Positions 1 to 11,813 of a stretch of 64,000 bases of DNA are shown here, piece by piece. Numbering within the stretch: the stretch's first letter is position 1; the number at the start of each line of letters is the position of its first letter. Under the pieces are notes generated by a model. The model had not been told where the DNA came from. It was given only the letters and a program-made list of their open reading frames with translations, and did no database searches. This stretch comes from Marsupella aquatica (lineage: Eukaryota; Plantae; Marchantiophyta). The position numbers and the translations under genes are program-made. The stretch is from NCBI GenBank assembly GCA_973895155.1, contig OZ316893.1, forward strand, positions 25,842,798-25,906,797, in the 5' to 3' direction.

Positions 1-40
1 ACTATTTGAATGTGCTTGTACTCCGAGTACTGCATTTTAG

Positions 41-968
41 GTTCCTGAATCCCATGAGGGACCTACACCCGAACAATCTAAGAGGAAATCAAAGAGAACC
101 AAGAAATCTGTACAACCACATAAGCCCGCGCCTGAGGTAAGTGTGTTTTCAATAGGCCAAGGAGGAACATTCCAGGGTAGACAGTGGTAAAAATGTATTC
201 TATGTGTACTTATTTGATTTAAACATGCAATCACCTTAGTTTGCAATGATAGGGACCAAAGGAAGGAGAGCAAGCAACGGCACCCCCGGAGACAGAAAAA
301 AGTGAACCTAGATGTTCAAAGACGAAGCAAACAACTGCTCCCACCAAAGAGAAAATTGCCCAACCAAAAAGAAAAACCAGAACTAAAACCAAGGTAACTA
401 CAAATCATTGTGTACTATGTGGCCATATTGTATAGGGACTAAACACATGATTCGCTTGATACTGATTTCAGCCTTACAATTGCAGAATTCATGTAAACAA
501 GTCCAGGATGTCAATGCACAACCAGCACCAGAGGGAGGCAACACTATTGAAACTCAGGGTATTGCCCTTCCACCGAATGTGTCTGCAATCCCATCAGGAG
601 AGGTGACTGCACCGGTAGGGAGCACACCTTCTGTAATTGACTTTGGTGGCATGATTGATTGGTAAGATGTGTTTCTTTGCTGATTGCATTCATATGTGAA
701 TTTGCAGGAGTACCATAAACCACCTGATGTGCAACCAGACCCATATGCAAGTAGACGTAGGAGAAAATTGACAGTTCGTGGGCCATTGGGCAAGGCGCAA
801 AGTGAATTTGTAATCCCTGGGTCTTTACCACAAGAGGTCACTGTGCAGGAGGACGATATTTTGGATTCCTTGCACGCATCACAAATTCTCCAAGATTGTA
901 GCCAGGCTGATGTTACCTCTTTTCACAAGGCAATCGATAAAATGATTAGTAATGTGGATGAAGTTTAG
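41..968 (+). CDS. 3' part of a spliced gene of unknown function, probably a transposon accessory gene convergent with the transposase
   Basis: Canonical splice signals bound coding-like blocks: ttttag|gttcc ~41 to gag|gtaagt ~136; ccttag ~239 to aag|gtaact ~393; ~471/487 to ttg|gtaaga ~661; ttgcag|gag ~708 to TAG 968. The product is K/R/P/E-rich and low in complexity. Exon boundaries are approximate and the family is not recognised. Confidence 0.45.
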
Positions 969-1209
969 GGTACAATTAGCAATATCCGAGGGATAGTCTA
1001 GGGTACCTACCCTGTTTTGTCACCAATGTGTTCATGATAATAAATATGAAATGTTCCTACATTTCTTGCTCTCTTTCAAGACTATATAACATGATCTGTT
1101 CCAAAAATGGTCATAGTAGATCTGTGTCTGGGATACAATATTTATGTTGTATTCACATTTTCTCTGACTTTACGACAAAGACGCCCCACTGTCAAATCCT
1201 TCCCACTAA

Positions 1210-1620
1210 CTAAGACGCCCCCCGCCGAAGCCCAAATGGACAAAACCTACAGAATTTGAACACAGAAAACCCTTTTTCATGTATACGATTTGGACGTTGT
1301 ATTCAGATTTCACACTTGGAAAAAAAATTGTCCCTCCGACTTTACGAACACGCCCTCCGCCGAAGCCTGCCCAAATGGACAAAACCTATGGAGTTTCAAC
1401 ATAGAAATACCTTTTTCATGTATACACTTTGGACATTGTATTCAGATTTCACACTTGGAAAAAAAAATTTGTCCCTCCGACTTTACGAACACGCCCTCCG
1501 CCGAAGCCTGCCCAAATGGACAAAACCTATGGAGTTTCAACATAGAAATACATTTTTCATGTATACACTTTGCACGTTGTATTCATAATTCACAGTTACA
1601 AAAAAATTCATTCACTTGAA
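1210..1620. repeat. Tandem repeat, ~140-bp unit, ~3 copies, between the two transposon genes
   Basis: The unit ccgaagcc(tg)cccaaatggacaaaacct...ttcagatttcacacttggaaaaaaa recurs at ~1226, ~1361 and ~1501. It produces the repeated peptides in ORFs 1256..1588 and 1290..1619. Confidence 0.9.
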
Positions 1621-1880
1621 CTTTACAAAGACAGTCGGGCCTAAATGGAAAAAAAATGCCATATTCAACACTTTAATAATCATACAGCACATGCACCATG
1701 GAAGGCGTACTCAGACCTAACAATTGCAAATAAAAGGCTTCACTCCTCATTGGATGGAATACAACATCCACTTTGTAACAATTTGAACTCATTCAAGGTA
1801 GTGTTTAGGTCCATGCACAAATGTGCCCTACTACCATCTAACTTCCCAATATAGTGAATAGTAGACTGTGATGTATATGT

Positions 1881-4800
1881 CTATTCTGTGATATCTACTT
1901 CATGAGGTAGCCCAAAATAAGGGCAATTATCAGCAGCTTCTTCAGCAAGTTCAGTGATGCGCCGTGCCCACTCATAATCCAAGGAGTTTTGAATGCGTGG
2001 ATTGGAAGGCATAGTACCACTGCCTATTGTTGGTGCTCCAACGGTGACAAGCCACTCACTTTCTCCAACATTGTTCACATTGTCATGCTCTTCCCCCTCC
2101 ACCTGCGCATTACAATAACACTAGAATAAGTAAACAAATTCTTATGAAACTAGGACTTTTATATGAACCTTCTCTGTCTTGCAACATTATAACATTTCGT
2201 AACTGCTCATCATCTTCAGTTGCTTGGGCAACTGAAACTTCTTTGCAAGATCGTTTGTTGTGGCCACCCTTTCCGCACCTGCTGCACGTACACTTTACAT
2301 TACCCCGCTTCCTTTTCTTAGGTAGGATCTCAACCATTGGGAGGCCACTCGCAGAGTTTGCACTTGGAAACAGAATGCCTCTCTCATTGTCATCATCCAT
2401 TGGATATCTGAGACACAGCCTTCCTGTTGGATCAAGATGGAGGTCCTCCCCATTCCCTAAAGCCCTGGAACGAGTTTCCCCATGAATTCTTACCATTCTA
2501 TGTCGCCCATTCACTATAGCAGGCTCTGGAGCATGACAACTTAAGCTCAATGGAAGGTGAGTGGAAACAAAGCTAGGTAATACACCATCATAAAGTAAAA
2601 CCAAAGACTGTGTCCGCCAACATTTATAAAAATGCCTAGCCGGATTCTTTCCTGTTTCATCATCCCATGCCAGCATATGTTGGCATGGCCAAACCATCTC
2701 CTGCAGCTCCATGCAAGTGCACTTTGGTTTTGGTGACAAAGTGAGAAGATACTCCTCACTCCCTGTTGTAGTCTGAGTTTTGGCACTGGATTGACCATCA
2801 CTGAATACCTATAGCATGACAGTATGAAATATGAAGCGTGAGACAATCCATCCTCCACATGTGGTGAAAATGTTCGTTACAAAAGGAAAAGAAAGAGCCA
2901 ATTTGCACCTGGAATTGTTGGAAGTTCTGCAAGTTGGTATTGTATCGTAGTTGTGCTGGTTTTGACAGTGGTTCTTGTCTGCATGCAACCTCTATTCTCC
3001 TGTCTTTAAACTTTTTTTGAATGTACACCCAAAGAGCCACCAACAACTTTCCAGGTGCTAGCAGACGGAATGGTAATAATCCAGAATTTGCTTGCTCGGC
3101 TAGATTACTTGTGACCTTACCCATGCGAGGGAGTGGGAATGCATGCCTGGCATAACATTTCACATCCAGACCGTGGATGTAATGTGCTGCATCAACTCCC
3201 TTGCCGGCTATCAATGAACCAGACAGTCGATCTAGCACAGACTCATATCTGAATTGAAAGAGACAGAATACATGAGTGACAATGTTTACAGAGACAGAAT
3301 ACATCAAGCACAATGTCAAAATATATAGAATACATCAAGCACAATGTCTGAATAGGCAAATTGCTTTCATATTGGTCCTAGTGAGTGTATTTACTTACTC
3401 GTGCACATCATTGGCATAGACACATCCGTAAAAGAATTCACTTGCTGTTCTACCATGCCTGGTCTTCACGTTTGCCCTCAAATGATTTGCGCACTGTGCA
3501 TTGATCTTTCCTACTGTCCAAAAATAATAAATTAGATTTTGTACTCCAGTTAGCACAGTATCATCATAACTCTCAAATTTGACAGAATTAAGCAATCTAA
3601 GCGTGGAAGGGTGTTACCTGGCCAAATCTGACTTACAGCAGCAGTGAGACCCTTTTGACGATCTGACATGATGACAATGTCTTGACTACCAATGCCATAT
3701 ACAACTTTGTCCATTAATTCTAGAAACCAAAGCCAGTTCTCTGTGTTTTCAACTGGTGCTACTCCATAGCAAAGTATGACACCGTTTGAGTTCCCATCCA
3801 GGCATGTAGCTAAAAATAGTTGAGTTGGATATTTTCTATTCTTGGTGTGACAAGCATCTAAACTAACCATCGGCTGAGTATAGTTAAGTGCTTTCCTGGT
3901 GGCAGATGGACATATGAATGCTCTGCAAAAAATGGTGGAGTCCTCCATAGTGCACCAATGTGCAACACAGCCAGGGTCTGTCTCCCGAATCCTATCAATC
4001 AATGCTGGGATCATCTGAAAAGATGATTTTTGTGAGCCAGCGGTCCAATGCCCTACAAGATCTTTGCCCCGCCACATTTGCTGGTAGTTACTTCCTTGCT
4101 TGTAGTCACCTTGGAAACCAAACAGCAATTCCTTCACAGGCATTTTCAGATTTCTGATGATTCTTGGAGCCAATGTTACCCCCAACCATGCAGACTTGTG
4201 AGTAGGAGCTCTCCACTTGTGAATGTGAGCAGCACAAGTATGTGTTAGTTCACATATAGTGATAATATGACCCCCACCCTTCACTCTATTGCAACGTACT
4301 CTGAAAGGACATTCCTCCTCTGAGTAAAGCAAGTCTTATGGTCTTGGTTGAAACGGCTTAGATCTGGACAACTGTCCACAAGCTCCAGTTGCAGATGGCT
4401 TCCTAGTTTTCTGTTGACCAGGTTTACGTGGGTGTTGCAAACCAGGTAACCAAACGCTAGTGTGTTGGACTATGGACTTTGGTCTGTTGTGCACAACTCT
4501 TCCTTGTGTAGACAAAACAGTATTTATGTGCACAGTTTGTTGTACAAATATAGGTGCATTTTGGTGCACGGATTGTTGTGTAGACAATGACACATTTGTC
4601 TGCATGGTGTTTGCTTGAATGGCTGAAAGCGGTGCACGAGGTTGCTGACGAGCAAGAGTGATCTGATTAATGGCATTATGAAATTGACGATCTTCAATCT
4701 GCAAAACCCCATGATTGTACACACCAAGAATTTGAGCAAGTGATTGTAGGATGTCCCAAAATAAAAAAAGGTGTGGCACTGGTGGCAGTAGCAGCGGTAG

Positions 4801-5242
4801 CACACACCTCTGCTTGACTGCGATATCTATTCTCTTGTTGTGTAGTTTGCTGCAATGTCTGAGACCTTGGTCCTTTCGATCGTCTTCCACTCCAATGGCC
4901 ATATTTGCTATGAAACTCATGCTCACCTTCTGACTCTTCATCCTCTTCCTCAAATTGAAGCTGCCACTGGTTTGGTTCCTCCGTAGCATGTGAACCAATG
5001 CTGTCATTGTCACCATGGTCATCACAAGCTGCCTCATCATCGACTACCTATTTCGATCTAGCAATCTTTCCAAACCTGCATAGACGAATACATCGATTTG
5101 CAAACGTCTTGTATCTGGACATGGCTCGACCATTCATCACAGCCAGAGAATCTAGGCACCGATCAAACTCTTCAAAGCTATTGAAGTGCTCTCCCAACTT
5201 GATTCGAGTAGCCTCTGCTGCCACTGTAACAGAGGAAGACAT
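1881..5242 (-). pseudogene. MULE (MuDRA-like) DDE transposase with introns and in-frame stops
   Basis: MuDR N-terminal motif LGEHFNSFEEF; WRKY-GCM1-like CPFRVRC...HTC; DDE core VSLDACH...IMSDRQKGL...CANHL...TSNLAEQAN; SWIM finger CTC...WPCQH; C-terminal knuckle CSRCGKGGHNKRSC. In-frame stops at ~5048 and ~4336 suggest it is inactive. Confidence 0.9.
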
Positions 5243-8200
5243 GTCATCACGTTAATATGTATACAATGACATCAATGTTCATGTGCGGAAGCTACATGCC
5301 TGGATGGGAACTCAAACGGTGTCATACTTTCAAATCACATTGGACTGACACACATTGTATGAAAATAAGAAATGTCCAAACAATCTGATGGCACCTTCTT
5401 CAGCAGTTCTGCCATCCAATATCCTCGGGGGCTTCTCAACATTCTTTCGAGCCCTCTGACGTTCTTGTGTGTCTTGTGTTCGTGCCCTCTCATGATAGGG
5501 GACATTGACTTCCCAAACATCACCTCTGGTCCACAAATGCATTGAGTCATTGTCCTCCATGCCTGACACTGTCCCTCTAAGCGTACTGTACACATTAGGG
5601 GAGTGGAAACACTCACGACCCTGCCGTGTGAGCTCACGCGCAAAGCATGTGCACAAAAAAAGTGTCGTGTGAAATGACAGGAACGTGCAAAAGTTCTATA
5701 ACATGTCAGTGATTTGGCGGGTCATCCTTTGAAAACATTATCCACCCTGTATTCTATTGAAGATATAAGCATGTTTAGCTTTTCCGTGCCTAAGCCAACG
5801 GTTACTCCAAACCCTAATTTGTTTAACTATATATAATCTAATACATTTTTTATACATGGCTGTAAATGTCTACACTGCTTTGTATATGTTGTGGTTGCAC
5901 TATGCTTGGTTCATCCAACATTGTGGTCATTGTATACAGTGATGTCAATGTATACATGATCTAACTATGAGGCTCTATTTCATTGTGCGGCCGCACAACG
6001 TAAGGTTTGTTTGACATCACAGTTCATGTTTGTACGCATTGTTGTCAATGTCTACATTGCAGGATACATTGATTCTCTCGGAACTGCGATCGTAGTGATC
6101 GCATTCGGCGACGCGGTCAGACACTGAAGAACAGTAGAACATGCTGCGTTCTACAGTGACAATCTCGCGTTATAAAAACTGCACAATGTGTTAGAAGAAC
6201 ATATCACACGAAATGGTACCTCTGGTGGGCCCAGAGGTCCACTGGGAGGGCGTGGGAAACTTTTGGTCCATTAAGAGAGAAAGCTGCATTTGGAGGTCCA
6301 CTAAGTATATCTCTCCTATATTATGATTTGCCATCTAAGCATACCTTGGATGACTTAATTTAGGGAGTGAGGCCTGAGGTGAAATCACAGGCCAGAACTT
6401 TTGTCATAACAATTGTTTTTATTTTTAAATATGCTCATGAATAGAGTAGGGCATGGTAGTTTGGGTATATCAACTACAGTACTTGTGCACGGGTATTGGG
6501 GGCCGAGTTGGGGGCTAGTACAAACAAATAGGAAAAACTCACAAAGTGCCCAAAGTGAAATGAGGACCATTCTCTGCCCCACCTGAGTGTATATTCTTCT
6601 TGGGGCCAGCATGAGCTTTTCACTTTTCGGATTACTTTTCACTATGAAAAATGGGAAAATAATAAAAACTACTGCGAGCTGTTGCGAACTGAAATCACGC
6701 CCGAAATTAGACACCAAAGTCAGAGAGAGTCGGTCCGGAGCACAGATTCCAGATTCCGCGCGCAAAAGACAAAAGAATCTTGTCACAAACACGACCACGA
6801 AATCCAAAACGTACCGATCCCGCTAAATCTGCCGATGCCGCTAAATCCTCTAGCGGCAGAGAGCCTCATCAGAGCCCTACTCAAACTCCGTTGTACTAAC
6901 TCCTCCTCCTCCTCCGCATAAATAATTCCCCAAAAGTAGTTAACACAGAATTTACGCCACGTCAGTTACTTCGCGTACCGTCATCACGATACTATCATTC
7001 TTGGAATGTTCTGCCACAAACCGGGTATCGCGGACCTTTGACCCACGAAACAGGGAAGGTCCAGCTCGGAGCAGCGCGGCAAATCCCGGATCCCGGTATG
7101 ATTATGAGCTTCGGGGCTGTAATTAAGATTACCCAGCATAATCTCATACCTGTCCCCACGTCACAACTCTCTACTTGACCCCCATTACTCTTGCAATTTG
7201 CAGGGAGTGATATTAAGTGATGGGGTCCGGTGGGCTTGCCATGAGCATGGCCATGGCAGGGCATTCTGCTATCGGATCACTCGAGCCGCCTCTTTCTAAT
7301 AATAACAGCGAATCCATTTAATGAGGACGAATTTTCCATTAAGGCCCAAAACGCATGGGATAGCCTGCCGCCATTGTCAGAGCCGCCTCCTCTTCCCCCT
7401 GTGTCCGCACACCAAAACTTCCAGTTCGGCAGTGTAAAACAGATATCATAAATTCCAGGGCGGCACGTGGGTTTGGGAGACGGGTGTCGCGAATGGTCGC
7501 CTGCCACGTCAAGATTGGCGGCCCGGTGCTGTCGGGGAGTCCGGCTGGTCGCGGTCATATGAGAGGGGGTCGTTATACGTGAATCCCGGCGAGCGGTCGG
7601 GATTACCGATATTGACCGTATGCGGTCTGAGCTTGTCCAGTTTCATGGAAAGAGGGGACGATCTCGTTGCGTGCTTCCCTTGGGGAACGCACGCCCTCCT
7701 GAACATGATTGTCGTGTTGCTGTGCAACTGAAGCCTCAGGGTTAACCCGAATAAAATATTTGCCCTTCGTGTACTCTACACATTAAAAATATATATATAT
7801 ATATCACTAGGTAATCCACGAAACTGAAGCTTCCATGGAACCTCAACGTTTGACCAAATGCCAGGAAGGACTAGCACAACCAGTTTGGATGGTAGCAAAC
7901 CTTTCCAGTCCTCGGATAGAACTTTTTCTGTGAAAGGAAATTATTCTCGCCTGTAAACTTGTCAATTGGGGTTGCCCCACTTGTTGGGAGTGGGCCATCC
8001 ACTGTTACTTTAGAGAAACCATGGGTTTTGGGGATTTTTCTGAAGGGAAACTGGCTTGCAATAAGTTGTGTAATTGGCTTGCAGGATAAGCCCCTGGTTC
8101 ATTTTTTGGGTGTTTTATATAGTTCCTACAACTAGCACAAGTGTCTATGGCACATCAGACATTGGACCCTCCTAAAACAATTTGACAGAGAACCTATATT

Positions 8201-8291
8201 AGGTTCACATACACATGTGACCTGCCTGACACCAAATTTGGTTTGACACCAAATTCATATTAGATCCACAAGAAGAAGCTAGAGAAGGATT

Positions 8292-8368
8292 GTGGGGGTA
8301 AGGTTTGAACTTGAAACCTCCTCGCCACAAGTCATCCGCTTGGCCACCTGAGCTGACCACTAGGCTCC
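8292..8368 (-). mobile_element. tRNA-derived SINE-like head (degenerate)
   Basis: The - strand reads GGTCAGCTCAGGTGGCCAAGCG...GAGGTTTCAAGTTCAAACCTT, with an A-box-like and a B-box-like motif at tRNA spacing. It lacks a proper acceptor stem and anticodon arm. Confidence 0.45.
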
Positions 8369-10785
8369 ACTCTGGAGAATTACATACTTTATAATAATAT
8401 AATTTGACTCCATACTTTGTGGCGGGGTAAAAGAGAAGAGGAGGATTTCTGGTTTGTCAGACTAGCAAGGTTTCCAGGGACACCTACAGTAGTTTTCCAG
8501 GGACACCTAGTGTAGTTCTTGTTTTACATTTTTTGCCTGAAAATCAGTGTTGCGCTGCTTGACTCCTGAATTGGCTGTGTTTTGGGGGCTGGCTCGTATC
8601 AATCATTACCACAAACTCCTGAGTAAGTCATGCACTTGAAACAGAACAAATGACTTCAGGAAAAACAATCATTACCACTTACTCAATGGGTGAGTCATGC
8701 ACTTGAACACAACAAATGCCTTTCAGAAAACTTTAGTGAAAGATTTCTTATGTAGCGCTATGTACGTAAAAGTTAGGGTTTCCTGCACGTATCCTTAGGG
8801 GAAATTCCAAAGTATTGGGCATAAATCGACATAATTAGAAAAGTTTTTTGATTGTATGTAGGATGTATGCATCCCACCCCAAGTTTGCTCATGTCATATT
8901 GTCATTTTGTTTTGGAATCAGAAAGCCAGTTACGTGCAAAAATCAAGTTCTCAAACGGGCCATTTAATATGGTAAACCTATAAATTGTTTTCAAAGTACC
9001 CTTGCGGATATGCACATAGCCAGGGTAAGACCTGCTTTGTCGGTACACATGATTCCTATGGTTCAATATCAGTGTCTTTGTAGAGTGGGGCCAAGTAGGA
9101 TGGGGGGTTAGATGCTCCAATAGTTAACGAGAACCGTTGGATCTGGTGACTAGGGTCTCTAACGAATAAAGAATGTGATGAATTGTTTTCGTTTATCCGA
9201 GTAGGTGTTTCGTTATAGTAAAGTTTCCTTTTCCAGAACCAAATCCAAACCCTCGAATTGTCGTTTCACCTTCAAAGAAAAACAGAACACCCGATCGGTC
9301 GAATACGATACTGTATTTATGTTGGGCATGAAGACGAGGACGACCGTATTAAGAACATAAATACTGTACAGGGGTAATGGAGTTCGCACCATTACCAATT
9401 TTGTACCATTCCTCATTTCCTCCCGTTACGGGTCCCGTCCTTGCGCTTACGTTCACTGCTTTATCAGTGTTTTTCATCCCTTCCCGCAGCCGCAGCAACC
9501 GGCAGATCCGTCGACCGCCGTCAGGTAAATGAGTGACTGACTCAGAGCGCCAAACAAGATTATGCCGTTTCCTGTGTCACAGAAGGGAAGGCACCTGTTT
9601 GTGCCTTAAAGATCCGCATTATATACGATTAATGGGTTATTTCAATGAGTTAATCCTAGGAGGTCTTGGAAAGCGTGCCCGACGGTACAGCACGGTTTCA
9701 GACACGGCTGTCCGACGGTGCTGTCTTGACTGGAGCACGGTAAAACGGACAAACGGTCGCATCCCACCGGACCCACCGGATACCGGATACGGGAGGTACG
9801 GAGTAGACCTGTTTGTTGGAGATACACGTGAATGACTACCGTGCAGTTTCCAAACCGGACACCGCGGGTTTGGGCGCGAGGCACGAGCATTAGACATACG
9901 TGGTACTGTAATTGGACCTTTTACCAACTTCCCTCATGAGACAGATGTATGAGATTACGGGTTGTGGAGGGTTATTAACGGGGAATTCGCGAGTACTTGT
10001 ACTCCATGTGTGTGTTTGATTGCAAACGTACCGATGACCAATAAGGGTGTCAAATCAGGGTTTTGAGGCACACTCCCTGGACGGTGAGGAGGGGTAACTG
10101 GGGGCCATGGGCCGTAAACCCCCTATGTGGTTTTCAAGAATAAACCCCAACTCAATCTTGTCCCAAAATTAAATGTTGTGAATGCCCTTATCCTCAGTCT
10201 AAGCTGATCAGGGGGTTCCATTGTATAACCTACCAAATAGATTCAAAGGAAAACATATGAAATATATGCAAACAAGCGGTGTTGGTGGGCTTGGTGCATT
10301 TTACTGGTCAGTATGGTAGGGGTTGAAAAAATAGATGCTAAGGTAAAACTAAGGAAGAGCTCACACACCTTATTAGTACACTGAGTGAATGGAGAAATCC
10401 TCTTGATTTCCTTTTTTGATATTGTAGGTCACTATCCTAGTTCCCAAGTTCTTGACGTTAAAAATGGTTCGTGCATATGCAGTTTGCCATTTTGGCATTT
10501 TGGTGTTTTGAACCTCTGGCCCTCGGGTTTTGGTTTCCCTGCTTCTATGGTAGTGTTCAATACATTGGTGCACTGTCACTTTGCACACAAAGAAATGCTA
10601 TGCAGTGCATGTCCCTTCCTTCTTAGTTTGCATTCTCATCTTGTATGGATTGCATGATATATAATTTGGTCTATTTGGGAGAGAGGTATTTTCTACATTT
10701 TGAGAAAATCTTGTTGGTAATGATCTGACAACGAATACTGTAAATGAGACTGTTGAAAATAGCGCGCATGACATAAGTTGGCCAC

Positions 10786-11200
10786 GACCTTTTTTTGTAC
10801 ATTAAACAAAGTAACAAAACCAAACTCAAAGACAAAAATCCCCGGGAAAGCAGGGTGAAGCTAACCCAACACTTGTCCCACAAGAACGACCGACTACTTG
10901 TGAACTAGTTCTCCAGGAATTGTTTTTTGGGGCTACATATAGATGTCACCCATGCGCATTCTGCAAGTCCACACCTCCAACCCGAAAAGTCATGGTTCAT
11001 CCTTGATGCCCCATTTTGACCAGCTCGTAGTAGGGGGCTAGTTTCAGTTTGATGGTTTGATCAACCCTTGAACTAGTCCTCGAGAAGTCCAGCAATCTAA
11101 CGCAATCCATATCTACAGGAGTGACTCTCTTATTAGGCCTGAATTCGAAGCACCATCTGGAATCGTATCATTCTCATCGGCAAACGGGTCCTTTATGAGC
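10786..11200 (-). mobile_element. Probable 3' end of a 5'-truncated non-LTR retroelement
   Basis: On the - strand a T/G-rich 3'-UTR-like tract ends in ...ttgtttaatgtacaaaaaaa, an A-tail. The upstream boundary is uncertain. Confidence 0.3.
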
Positions 11201-11684
11201 CCCACGGGCTTTTCTACTCCTAATTGATTACAAAATGAAATTTGTTGTTGTTTTGTGAAGAAGGCATTATTACAAAGTGGAACGGCGCTATTTTCCCCCT
11301 ATCTAACTATTACCCACGCTCTCATTCCTAGGCACTCTAAATACCAGTCCTTGTCTACGAATAGCTATTCCGATCTCTGGCATTAAAATTCGCTAGGGGA
11401 CTAGGGGAGTATGAGTGAATGACATTTATGTAATGTTTTCGGCCTATGGCTAGGCTATGCTACGAATTGCCAGTCCGCATGACTCGGTACAGTAGGCCAT
11501 AACGCTCCAAAAAGGCAGACGTCATCGCCTCGAGGCTCACAAAACGCGATTTAATGCGTATCGTTCACAATTCATCCGGAAGACGTTCCGCCTTTGAGAT
11601 AAAGAAGACAAGGTATTTAGGTTTTAGCAGCCTAGTCCATCTACAGTATTTATCCATCTTCTATCTATCTATCCTACACATTAT

Positions 11685-11813
11685 TTATTGAAATCTACCA
11701 TTCACGTTCTACTCCATAGACTAATGGTTATTGAAATCTACCATTCACGTTCTAGTCCATAGACTAAGTGGTTATTGAAATCTACCATTCACGTTCTAGT
11801 CCATAGACTAAGT
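11685..11813. repeat. Minisatellite, 43-44-bp unit, 3 copies
   Basis: ttattgaaatctaccattcacgttctagtccatagactaagtgg is repeated head-to-tail with near-identical copies. Confidence 0.95.

Larger units (their letters stand above)
1..6316 (-). mobile_element. Mutator/MuDR-like DNA transposon (right part; left end lies outside the window)
   Basis: Contains a MULE transposase (1881-5242), a convergent second gene (to 968) and an intergenic tandem array. A TIR-like end at ~6200-6316 reads GGAGAGATATACTTAGTGGACC on the - strand, resembling the GAGATA start of Mu TIRs. The partner TIR and TSD cannot be verified here. Confidence 0.75.

Noticed and set aside
1256-1619. ORFs with internally repeated peptides
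   Set aside because: They are by-products of the ~140-bp tandem array, with non-ATG starts and no domain.
11685-11813. CRISPR-like periodic repeat
   Set aside because: The units are contiguous with no unique spacers, there are no cas genes, and the context is eukaryotic.
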